DNA from: Eledone cirrhosa
Lineage: Eukaryota
Length of the DNA: 64,000 nt
Direction: 5' to 3'
Assembly (NCBI GenBank): GCA_964016885.1
Contig: OZ024744.1
Location: 105,338,001 to 105,402,000 of the forward strand
Shown here: piece after piece, positions 53,501 to 64,000 of the stretch
Numbering within the stretch: position 1 is the first letter of the stretch
Layout of the letters: each line of letters starts with the position of its first letter
Notes under the pieces: model-generated
The model's database searches: none
Told to the model about the DNA's origin: nothing
Seen by the model: only the letters and a program-made list of their open reading frames with translations
Program-made: the position numbers and the translations under genes

Positions 53501-56500
53501 ATGCCGTCTATGACTAGTCTGTGTGTACGGTTGTATGCCGTCTATGACTAGTCTGTGTGTACGGTTGTATGCCGTCTATGACTAGTCTGAGTCTACGGTT
53601 GTATGCCGTCTATGACTAGTCTGTGTGTACGGTTCTATGCCGTCTATGACTAGTCTGTGTCTAGGGTTGTATGCAGTCTATGACTAGTCTGTGTGTACGG
53701 TTGTATGCCGTCTATGACTAGTCTGTGTATACGGTTGTATGCCGTCTATGACTAGTCTGTGTCTACGGTTGTATGCCGTCTATGACTAGTCTGTGTCTAC
53801 AGTTGTATGCCGTCTATGACTAGTCTGTGTCTACGGTTGTATGCCGTCTATGACTAGTCTGTGTCTACAGTTGTATGCCGTCACTGACTAGTCTGTGTCT
53901 ACGGTTGTATGCCGTCTATGAGTAGTCTGTGTCTACGGTTGTATGCCGTCTATGACTAGTCTGTGTCTACGGTTGTATGCCGTCTATGACTAGTCGGTGT
54001 CTACAGATTTATGCCGTCTCTGACTAGTCTGTGTCTACGGTTGTATGCCGTCTATGCCTGGTCTGTGTCTACGGTTGTATGCCGTCTATGACTAGTCTGT
54101 GTCTACAGTTGTATGCCGTCTATGACTAGTCTGTGTCTACGGTTGTATGCTGTCTATGACTAGTCTGTGTCTACTGCTGTATGCAGTCTATGACTAGTCT
54201 GTGTCTACGGTTGTATGCAGGCTATGACTAGTCTGTGTCTACGGTTGTATGCCGTCTATGACTAGTCTGTGTGTACGGTTGTATGCCGTCTATGACTAGT
54301 CTTTGTGTACGGTTGTATGCCGTCTATGACTAGTCTGTGTGTACGGTTGAATGCCGTCTATGACTAGTCTGTGTCTACGGTTGTATGCCGTCTATGACTA
54401 GTCTGTGTGTACGGTTGTATGCCGTCTATGACTAGTCTGTGTCTACGGTTGTATGCCGTCTATGACTAGTCTGTGTGTATGGTTGTATGCCGTCTATGAC
54501 TAGTCTGAGTCTACGGTTGTATGCCGTCTATGACTAGTCTGTGTGTACGGTTCTATGCCGTCTATGACTAGTCTGTGTCTAGGGTTGTATGCCGTCTATG
54601 ACTAGTCTGTGTGTACGGTTGTATGCCGTCTATGACTAGTCTGTGTATACGGTTGTATGCCGTCTATGACTAGTCTGTGTCTACGGTTGTATGCCGTCTA
54701 TGACTAGTCTGTGTCTACAGTTGTATGCCGTCTATGACTAGTCTGTGTCTACGGTTTTATGCCGTCTATGACTAGTCTGTGTCTACAGTTGTATGCCTTC
54801 TCTGACTAGTCTGTGTCTACGGTTGTATGCCGTCTATGACTAGTCTGTGTCTACGGTTGTATGCCGTCTATGACTAGTCGGTGTCTACAGATTTATGCCG
54901 TCTCTGACTAGTCTGTGTCTACGGTTGTATGCCGTCTATGCCTGGTCTGTGTCTACGGTTGTATGCCGTCTATGACTAGTCTGTGTCTACAGTTGTATGC
55001 CGTCTATGACTAGTCTGTGTCTACGGTTGTATGCTGTCTATGACTAGTCTGTGTCTACTGCTGTATGCAGTCTATGACTAGTCTGTGTCTACGGTTGTAT
55101 GCAGGCTATGACTAGTCTGTGTCTACGGTTGTATGCCGTCTATGACTAGTCTGTGTGTACGGTTGTATGCCGTCTATGACTAGTCTTTGTGTACGGTTGT
55201 ATGCCGTCTATGACTAGTCTGTGTGTACGGTTGAATGCCGTCTATGACTAGTCTGTGTCTACGGTTGTATGCCGTCTATGACTAGTCTGTGTGTACGGTT
55301 GTATGCCGTCTATGACTAGTCTGTGTCTACGGTTGTATGCCGTCTATGACTAGTCTGTGTGTACGGTTGTATGCCGTCTATGACTAGTCTGTGTGTACGG
55401 TTGTATGCCGTCTATGACTAGTCTGAGTCTACGGTTGTATGCCGTCTATGACTAGTCTGTGTGTACGGTTCTATGCCGTCTATGACTAGTCTGTGTCTAG
55501 TGTTGTATGCCGTCTATGACTAGTCTGTGTGTACGGTTGTATGCCGTCTATGACTAGTCTGTGTATACGATTGTATGCCGTCTATGACTAGTCTGTGTCT
55601 ACGGTTGTATGCCGTCTATGACTAGTCTGTGTCTACAGTTGTATGCCGTCTATGACTAGTCTGTGTCTACGGTTTTATGCCGTCTATGACTAGTCTGTGT
55701 CTACAGTTGTATGCCTTCTCTGACTAGTCTGTGTCTACGGTTGTATGCCGTCTATGACTAGTCTGTGTCTACGGTTGTATGCCGTCTATGACTAGTCTGT
55801 GTCTACGGTTGTATGCCGTCTATGACTAGTCTGTGTCTACAGTTGTATGCCGTCTATGGCTAGTCTGTGTCTACGGTTGTATGCCGTCTATGACTAGTCT
55901 GTGTCTACAGTTTTATGCCGTCTCTGACTAGTCTGTGTCTACGGTTGTATGCCGTCTATGACTGGTCTGTGTCTACGGTTGTATGCCGTCTATGACTAGT
56001 CTGTGTCTACAGTTGTATGCCGTCTATGACTAGTCTGTGTCTACGGTTGTATGCCGTCTATGACTAGTCTGTGTCTACAGTTGTATGCCGTCTCTGACTA
56101 GTCTGTGTCTACGGTTGTATGCCATCTATGACTAGTCTGTGTCTACGGTTGTATGCCGTCTATGACTAGTCTGAGTCTACGGTTGTATGCAGTCTATGAC
56201 TAGTCTGTGTCTACAGTTGTATGCCGTTTATGACTAGTCTGTGTGTACGGTTGTATGCCGTCTATGACTAGTCTGTGTCTACAGTTGTATGCCGTCTATG
56301 ACTAGTCTGTGTCTACAGTTGTATACCGTCTATGACTTGTCTATGTCTACAGTTGTATGCCGTCTATGACTAGTCTGTGTCTACGGTTGTATGCCGTCTA
56401 TGACTAGTCTGTGTCTACGGTTGTATGCCGTCTATGACTAGTCTGTGTCTACGGTTGTATGCTGTCTATGACTAGTCTGTGTCTACTGCTGTATGCAGTC

Positions 56501-59500
56501 TATGACTAGTCTGTGTCTACGGTTGTATGCAGGCTATGACTAGTCTGTGTCTACTGTTGTATGCCGTCTATGACTAGTCTGTGTGTACGGTAGTATGCCG
56601 TCTATGACTAGTCCTTGTGTACGGTTGTATGCCGTCTATGACTAGTCTCTGTGTACGGTTGAATGCCGTCTATGACTAGTCTGTGTCTACGGTTGTATGC
56701 CGTCTATGACTAGTCTGTGCGTACGGTTGTATGCCGTCTATGACTAGTCTGTGTCTACGGTTGTATGCCGTCTATGACTAGTCTGATCCACGGTTGTATG
56801 CCGTCTATGACTAGTCTGATCCACTGTTGTATGCCGTCTATGACTAGTCTGTGTCTACGGTTGTATGGCGTCTATGACTAGTCTGTGTCTACCGTTGTAT
56901 GCCAACTATGACTAGTCTGTGTCTACAGTTGTATGCCATCTATGACTAGTCTGTGTCAACTGTTGTATACCGTCTATGACTAGTCTGTGTCTACGGTTGT
57001 ATGCCGTCTATGACTAGTCTGTGTGTACGGTTGTATGCCGTCTATGACTAGTCTGTGTGTACGGTTGTATGCCGTCTATGACTAGTCTGTGTGTACGGTT
57101 GTATGCCGTCTATGACTAGTCTGTGTGTACGGTTGTATGCCGTCTATGACTAGTCTGAGTCTACGGTTGTATGCCGTCTATGACTAGTCTGTGTGTACGG
57201 TTCTATGCCGTCTATGACTAGTCTGTGTCTAGGGTTGTATGCCGTCTATGACTAGTCTGTGTGTACGGTTGTATTCCGTCTATGACTAGTCTGTGTGTAC
57301 GGTTCTATGCCGTCTATGACTAGTCTGTGTCTAGGGTTGTATGCCGTCTATGACTAGTCTGTGTGTACGGTTGTATGCCGTCTATGACTAGTCTGTGTAT
57401 ACGGTTGTATGCCGTCTATGACTAGTCTGTGTCTACGGTTGTATGCCGTCTATGACTAGTCTGTGTCTACAGTTGTATGCCGTCTATGACTAGTCTGTGT
57501 CTACGGTTGTATGCCGTCTATGACTAGTCTGTGTCTACAGTTGTATGCCGTCTCTGACTAGTCTGTGTCTACGGTTGTATGCCGTCTATGACTAGTCTGT
57601 GTCTACGGTTGTATTCCGTCTATGACTAGTCTGTGTCTACGGTTTATGCCGTCTATGACTAGTCTGTGTCTACGGTTGTATGCCATCTATGACTAGTCTG
57701 TGTGTACGGTTGTATGCCGTCTATGACTAGTCTGTGTCTACGGTTGTATGCCGTCTATGACTAGTCTGTGTGTAATGTTGTATGCCGTCTATGACTAGTC
57801 TGTGTCTACGGTTGTATGCCGTCTATGACTAGTCTGTGTCTACGCTTGTATGCCGTCTATGACTAGAATGTGTCTACGGCTGTATGCCATCTATGACTAG
57901 TCTGTGTTTAATTTTGTATGCCGTCTATGACTAGTCTGTGTCTACGCTTGTATGCCGTCTATGACTAGTCTGTGTGTACGGTTGTATGCCGTCTATGACT
58001 AGTCTGTGTCTACGGTTGTATGCCGTCTATGACTTGTCTGTGTCTACGGTTGTATGCCCTCTTTGACTAGTCTGTGTCTACGGTTGTATGCCGTCTATGA
58101 CTAGTCTGTGTCTACTGTTGTATGCAGTCTATGACTAGTCTGTGTCTACGGTTGTATGCCGTCTATGACTAGTCTGTGTCTACGGTTGTATGCTGTCTAT
58201 GACTAGTCTGTGTCTACGGTTGTATGCCGTCTATGACTAGTCTGTGTCTACGGTTGTATGCCGTCTATGACTAGTCTGTGTCTAGGGTTGTATGCCGTCT
58301 ATGTCTAGTCTGAGTCTACGGTTGTAGGCAGTCTATGACTAGTCTGTGTCTACGGTTGTATGCCGTCTATGACTAGTCTGTGTCTACGGTTGTATGCCGT
58401 CTATGACTAGTGTGTGTCTACAGTTGTATGCCGTCTATGACTAGTCTGTGTCTACAGTTGTATGCCGTCTATGACTAGTCTGTGTCTACGGTTGTATGCC
58501 GTCTATGACTAGTCTGTGTCTACGGTTGTATGCCGTCTATGACTATTCTGTGTCAACGGTTGTATGCTGTCTATGACTAGTCTGTGTGTACGGTTGTATG
58601 CAGTCTATGACTAGTCTGTGTCTACTGTTGTATGCCGTCTGTGAGTAGTCTGTGTGTACGGTTGTATGCAGTCTATGACTAGTCTGTGTCTACGGTTGTA
58701 TGCCGTCTATGGCTAGTCTGTGTGTACGGTTGTATGCCGTCTATGACTAGTCTGTGTCTACAGTTGTATGTCGTCTATGACTAGTCTGTGTCTACAGTTG
58801 TATGCCGTCTATGACTAGTCTGTGTCTACGGTTGTATGCCGTCTATGACTAGTCTGTGTCTACAGTTGTATGCCGTCTATGACTAGTTTGTGTCTACTGT
58901 TGTATACCGTCTATGACTAGTCTGTGTCTACGGTTGTATGCAGTCTATGACTAGTCTGTGTCTACGGTTGTATGCCGTCTATGATTAGTCTGTGTCTACG
59001 GTTGTATGCCGTCTATGACTAGTCAGTGTCTACAGTTGTATGCCGTCTATGACTAGTCTGTGTCTTCGGTTGTATGCCGTCTATGACTAGTCTGTCTACG
59101 GTTGTATGCCGTCTATGACTAGTCTGTGTCTACAGTTGTATGCCGTCTATGACTAGTCTGTGTCTACGGTTGTATGCCGTCTATGACTATTCTGTGTCTA
59201 TGGTTGAATGCCGTCTATGACTAGTCTGTGTCTACGGTTGTATGCCGTTATGACTAGTCTGATCCACGGTTGTATGCCGTCTATGACTAGTCTGATCCAC
59301 TGTTGTATGCCGTCTATGACTAGTCTGTGTCTTCAGTTGTATGCCGTTTATGAGTAGTCTGTGTGTACGGTTGTATGCCGTCTATGACTAGTCTGTGTCT
59401 ACGGTTGTATGCCGTCTATGACTAGTCTGTGTCTACGGTTGTATGCCGTCTATGACTAGTCTGTGTCTACGGTTGTATGCAGTCTATGACTAGTCTGTGT

Positions 59501-62500
59501 GTTCGGTTGTATGCCGTCTATGACTAGTCTGAATCTACGGTTGTATGCAGTCTATGACTAGTCTGTGTCTACAGTTGTATGCCGTTTATGACTAGTCTGT
59601 GTGTACGGTTGTATGCCGTCTATGACTAGTTTGTGTCTACAGTTGTATGCCGTCTATGACTAGTCTGTGTCTACAGTTGTATACCGTCTATGACTTGTCT
59701 ATGTCTACAGTTGTATGCCGTCTATCACTAGTCTGTGTCTACGGTTGTATGCCGTCTATGACTAGTCTGTGTCTACGGTTGTATGCCGTCTATGACTAGT
59801 CTGTGTCTACAGTTGTATGCCGTCTATGACTAGTCTGTGTCTACGGTTGTATGCCGTCTATGACTAGTCTGCGTCTACAGTTTTATGCCGTCTCTGACTA
59901 GTCTGTGTCTACGGTTGTATGCAGTCTATGACTAGTCAGTGTCTACGGTTGTATGGCGTCTATGACTAGTCTGTGTCTACGGTTGTATGCCATCTATGAC
60001 TAGTCTGTGTCTACAGTTGTATGCCATCTATGACTAGTCTGTGTCAACAGTTGTATACCGTCTATGACTAGTCTGTGTCTACGGTTGTATGCCGTCTATG
60101 ACTAGTCTGAGTCTACGGTTGTATGCCGTCTATGACTAGTCTGTATGTACGGTTCTATGCTGTCTATGACTGGTCTGTGTCTAGGGTTGTATGCCGTCTA
60201 TGACTAGTCTGTGTGTACGGTTGTATGCCGTCTATGACTAGTCTGTGTATACGGTTGTATGCCGTCTATGACTAGTCTGTGTCTACGGTTGTAGGCCGTC
60301 TATGACTAGTCTGTGTGTACGGTTGTATGCCGTCTATGACTAGTCTTTGTGTACGGTTGTATGCCGTCTATGACTAGTCTGTGTGTACGGTTGAATGCCG
60401 TCTATGACTAGTCTGTGTCTATGGTTGTATGCCGTCTATGACTAGTCTGTGTGTACGGTTGTATGCCGTCTATGACTAGTCTGTGTCTACGGTTGTATGC
60501 CGTCTATGACTAGTCTGATCCACGGTTGTATGCCGTCTATGACTAGTCTGATCCACGGTTGTATGCCCTCTATGACTAGTCTGTGTCTACGGTTGTATGC
60601 AGTCTATGACTAGTCAGTGTCTACGGTTGTATGGCGTCTATGACTAGTCTGTGTCTACGGTTGTATGCCATCTATGACTAGTCTGTGTCTACAGTTGTAT
60701 GCCATCTATGACTAGTCTGTGTCAACAGTTGTATACCGTCTATGACTAGTCTGTGTCTACGGTTGTATGCCGTCTATGACTAGTCTGTGTGTACGGTTGT
60801 ATGCCGTCTATGACTAGTCTATGTGTACGGTTGTATGCCGTCTATGACTAGTCTGTGTGTACGGTTGTATGCCGTCTATGACTAGTCTGTGTGTACGGTT
60901 GTATGCCGTCTATGACTAGTGTGAGTCTACGGTTGTATGCCGTCTATGACTAGTCTGTATGTACGGTTCTATGCCGTCTATGACTAGTCTGTGTCTAGGG
61001 TTGTATGCCGTCTATGACTAGTCTGTGTGTACGGTTGTATGCCGTCTATGACTAGTCTGTGTATACGGTTGTATGCCGTCTATGACTAGTCTGTGTCTAC
61101 GGTTGTAGGCCGTCTATGACTAGTCTGTGTCTACAGTTGTATGCCCTCTATGACTAGTCTGTGTCTACGGTTGTATGCCGTCTATGACTAGTCTGTGTCT
61201 ACAGTTGTATGCCGTCTCTGACTAGTCTGTGTCTACGGTTGTATGCCGTCTATGACTAGTCTGTGTCTAAGGATGTATGCCGTCTATGACTAGTCTGTGT
61301 CTACGGTTGTATGCCGTCTATGACTAGTCTGTGTCTACAGTTGTATGCCGTCTATGACTAGTCTGTGTCTACGGTTGTATGCCGTCTATGACTAGTCTGC
61401 GTCTACAGTTTTATGCCGTCTCTGACTAGTCTGTGTCTACGGTTGTATGCCGTCTATGACTGGTCTGTGTCTACGGTTGTATGCCGTCTATGACTAGTCT
61501 GTGTCTACAGTTGTATGCCGTCTATGACTAGTCTGTGTCTACGGTTGTATGCCGTCTATGACTAGTCTGTGTCTACAGTTGTATGCCGTCTCTGACTAGT
61601 CTGTGTCTACGGTTGTATGCCATCTATGACTAGTCTGTGTCTACGGTTGTATGCCGTCTATGACTAGTCTGTGTCTACGGTTGTATGCAGTCTATGACTA
61701 GTCTGTGTCTACGGTTGTATGCCGTATATGACTAGTCTGTGTCTACGGTTGTATGCCGTCTATGACTAGTCTGTGTCTACGGTTGTATGCCGTATATGAC
61801 TAGTCTGTGTGTACGGTTGTATGCCATCGATGACTAGCCTGTGTGTACGGTTGTATGCCGTCTATGACTAGTCTGTGTCTACGGTTGTATGCCGTCTATG
61901 ACTAATCTGTGTGTACGGTTGTATGCAGTCTATGACTAGTCTGTGTCTACGGTTGTATGCCGTCTATGACTAGTCTGTGTCTACGGTTGTATTCAGTATA
62001 AGACTAGTCTGATCCACGGTTGTATGCCGTCTATGACTAGTCTGTGTCTTCGGTTGTATGCCGTCTATGACTAGTCTGTGTCTACAGTTGTATGCCGTCT
62101 ATGACTAGACTGTGTCTACAGTTGTATGCCGTCTATGACTAGTCTGTGTCTACGGTTGTATGCCGTCTATGACTAGTCTGAGTCTACGGTTGTATGCCGT
62201 CTATGACTAGTCTGTGTCTACGGTTGTATGCCGTCTATTACTAGTCTGATCCACGGTTGTATGCCGTATATGACTAGTCTGTGTGTACGGTTGTATGCAG
62301 TCTATGACTAGTCTGTGTCCACGGTTGTATGCAGTCTATGATTAGTGTGATCCACGGTTGTATGCCGTCTATGACTAGTCTGATCCACGGTTGTATGCCG
62401 TCTATGACTAGTCTGTGTCTACGGTTGTATGCAGTCTATGACTAGTCAGTGTCTACGGTTATATGGCGTCTATGACTAGTCTGTGTCTACAGTTGTATGC

Positions 62501-64000
62501 CATCTATGACTAGTCTGTGTCAACAGTTGTATACCGTCTATGACTAGTCTGTGTCTACGGTTGTATGCCGTCTATGACTAGTCTGTGTGTACGGTTGTAT
62601 GCCGTCTATGACTAGTCTGTGTGTACTGTTGTATGCCGTCTATGACTAGTCTGTGTGTACGGTTGTATGCCGTCTATGACTAGTCTGTGTCTACGGTTGT
62701 ATGCCATCTATGACTAGTCTGTGTCTACAGTTGTATGCCATCTATGACTAGTCTGTGTCAACAGTTGTATACTGTCTATGACTAGTCTGTGTCTACGGTT
62801 GTATGCCGTCTATGACTAGTCTGTGTGTACGGTTGTATGCCGTCTATGACTAGTCTGTGTGTACGGTTGTATGCCGTCTATGACTAGTCTGTGTGTACGG
62901 TTGTATGCCGTCTATGACTAGTCTGAGTCTACGGTTGTATGCCGTCTATGACTAGTCTGTGTGTACGGTTCTATGCCGTCTATGACTAGTCTGTGTCTAG
63001 GGTTGTATGCAGTCTATGACTAGTCTGTGTGTACGGTTGTATGCCGTCTATGACTAGTCTGTGTATACGGTTGTATGCCGTCTATGACTAGTCTGTGTCT
63101 ACGGTTGTATGCCGTCTATGACTAGTCTGTGTCTACAGTTGTATGCCGTCTATGACTAGTCTGTGTCTACGGTTGTATGCCGTCTATGACTAGTCTGTGT
63201 CTACAGTTGTATGCCGTCACTGACTAGTCTGTGTCTACGGCTGTATGCCGTCTATGACTAGTCTGTGTCTACGGTTGTATGCCGTCTATGACTAGTCTGT
63301 GTCTACGGTTGTATGCCGTCTATGACTAGTCGGTGTCTACAGATTTATGCCGTCTCTGACTAGTCTGTGTCTACGGTTGTATGCCGTCTATGCCTGGTCT
63401 GTGTCTACGGTTGTATGCCGTCTATGACTAGTCTGTGTCTACAGTTGTATGCCGTCTATGACTAGTCTGTGTCTACGGTTGTATGCTGTCTATGACTAGT
63501 CTGTGTCTACTGCTGTATGCAGTCTATGACTAGTCTGTGTCTACGGTTGTATGCAGGCTATGACTAGTCTGTGTCTACGGTTGTATGCCGTCTATGACTA
63601 GTCTGTGTGTACGGTTGTATGCCGTCTATGACTAGTCTTTGTGTACGGTTGTATGCCGTCTATGACTAGTCTGTGTGTACGGTTGAATGCCGTCTATGAC
63701 TAGTCTGTGTCTACGGTTGTATGCCGTCTATGACTAGTCTGTGTGTACGGTTGTATGCCGTCTATGACTAGTCTGTGTCTACGGTTGTATGCCGTCTATG
63801 ACTAGTCTGTGTGTATGGTTGTATGCCGTCTATGACTAGTCTGAGTCTACGGTTGTATGCCGTCTATGACTAGTCTGTGTGTACGGTTCTATGCCGTCTA
63901 TGACTAGTCTGTGTCTAGGGTTGTATGCCGTCTATGACTAGTCTGTGTGTACGGTTGTATGCCGTCTATGACTAGTCTGTGTATACGGTTGTATGCCGTC
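50560..64000 (+). repeat. Tandem duplication, unit 9,336 bp (~50560-54664 is re-copied at ~59895-64000 and continues past the window end)
   Basis: GCAGTC...TCAGT at 50585/59921, TCTAAGGATG at 51930/61266, GCCATCGATG at 52487/61823 and GCCGTCACTG at 53877/63213, all at offset 9336. Confidence 0.92.

Larger units (their letters stand above)
34381..59922 (+). repeat. Large tandem duplication, unit 14,329 bp (34381-~45525 is re-copied at ~48710-59922)
   Basis: Constant 14329 offset for CTACGGTCGT at 35701/50030, TCTAAGGATG at 37601/51930, GCCATCGATG at 38158/52487 and GGTAGTATG at 42260/56589. The offset becomes 14397 (+2 monomers) after ~43100, e.g. TCTGTGAGTA at 44241/58638. Confidence 0.92.
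1..64000 (+). repeat. 34-bp tandem satellite/minisatellite array, about 1,880 head-to-tail copies, extending past both window ends
   Basis: The consensus GTATGCCGTCTATGACTAGTCTGTGTCTACGGTT recurs every 34 bp from base 1 to 64000. Most monomers carry 0-2 substitutions, and occasional 30-35 bp indel variants occur. I saw no unique spacer sequence and no strand switch. Confidence 0.99.

Noticed and set aside
1-64000. CRISPR array (34-bp repeat with an internal palindrome)
   Set aside because: Repeats abut directly with no unique spacers. Variation is scattered point change, and there is no leader or cas gene.
1-64000. Repetitive protein-coding ORF on the + strand
   Set aside because: Each monomer has TGA (13-15) and TAG (17-19). 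Because 34 is not a multiple of 3, every frame meets stops within about 100 bp.
1-64000. Minus-strand ORF under an amber-reassigned code (the consensus minus strand has only TAG stops)
   Set aside because: The period is not a multiple of 3 and 1-2 bp indels are tolerated. Variants such as GTCAAC and GTTTATG add TGA/TAA on the minus strand. There is no codon-position bias or evidence of recoding.
1-64000. Variant monomers as an information-bearing code or diversity-generating cassette system
   Set aside because: The order of variants is explained by nested duplications of point mutations. No recombinase, reverse transcriptase or expression signals are present in the window.
1-64000. Pure sequencing artefact (rolling-circle or concatemer of one short oligo)
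   Set aside because: Rare variants recur in the same order at exact multi-kb offsets, which random errors on a single template would not produce. Mis-assembly of individual large duplications remains possible.
1-64000. Embedded transposon, inversion or unique island
   Set aside because: None was seen on reading through. Every line conforms to the 34-bp consensus in the same orientation, though a very short insert could have been missed by eye.

Overview
The whole 64 kb window is one uninterrupted head-to-tail tandem satellite/minisatellite array. The monomer is 34 bp (consensus GTATGCCGTCTATGACTAGTCTGTGTCTACGGTT, 16/34 GC, T/G-rich on +), with roughly 1,880 copies, all in one orientation. 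The array runs off both ends of the window. I found no genes, RNA genes, CRISPR spacers or mobile-element insertions. The monomer looks like a diverged 17+17 bp dimer. It carries a perfect 8-bp palindrome (GACTAGTC, containing an SpeI site) and a second short dyad across the monomer junction. Rare monomer variants act as barcodes and reveal a nested, in-register duplication history with offsets of about 0.88-0.95, 3.2, 4.86, 7.7, 8.4, 9.3, 14.3 and 40.2 kb. Transitions occur at both CpGs, which fits a methylated eukaryotic heterochromatic array. I cannot assign an organism or named satellite family, and I see no evidence of a novel coding system. Offsets were counted by hand from marker positions, and block boundaries are approximate to about one monomer.
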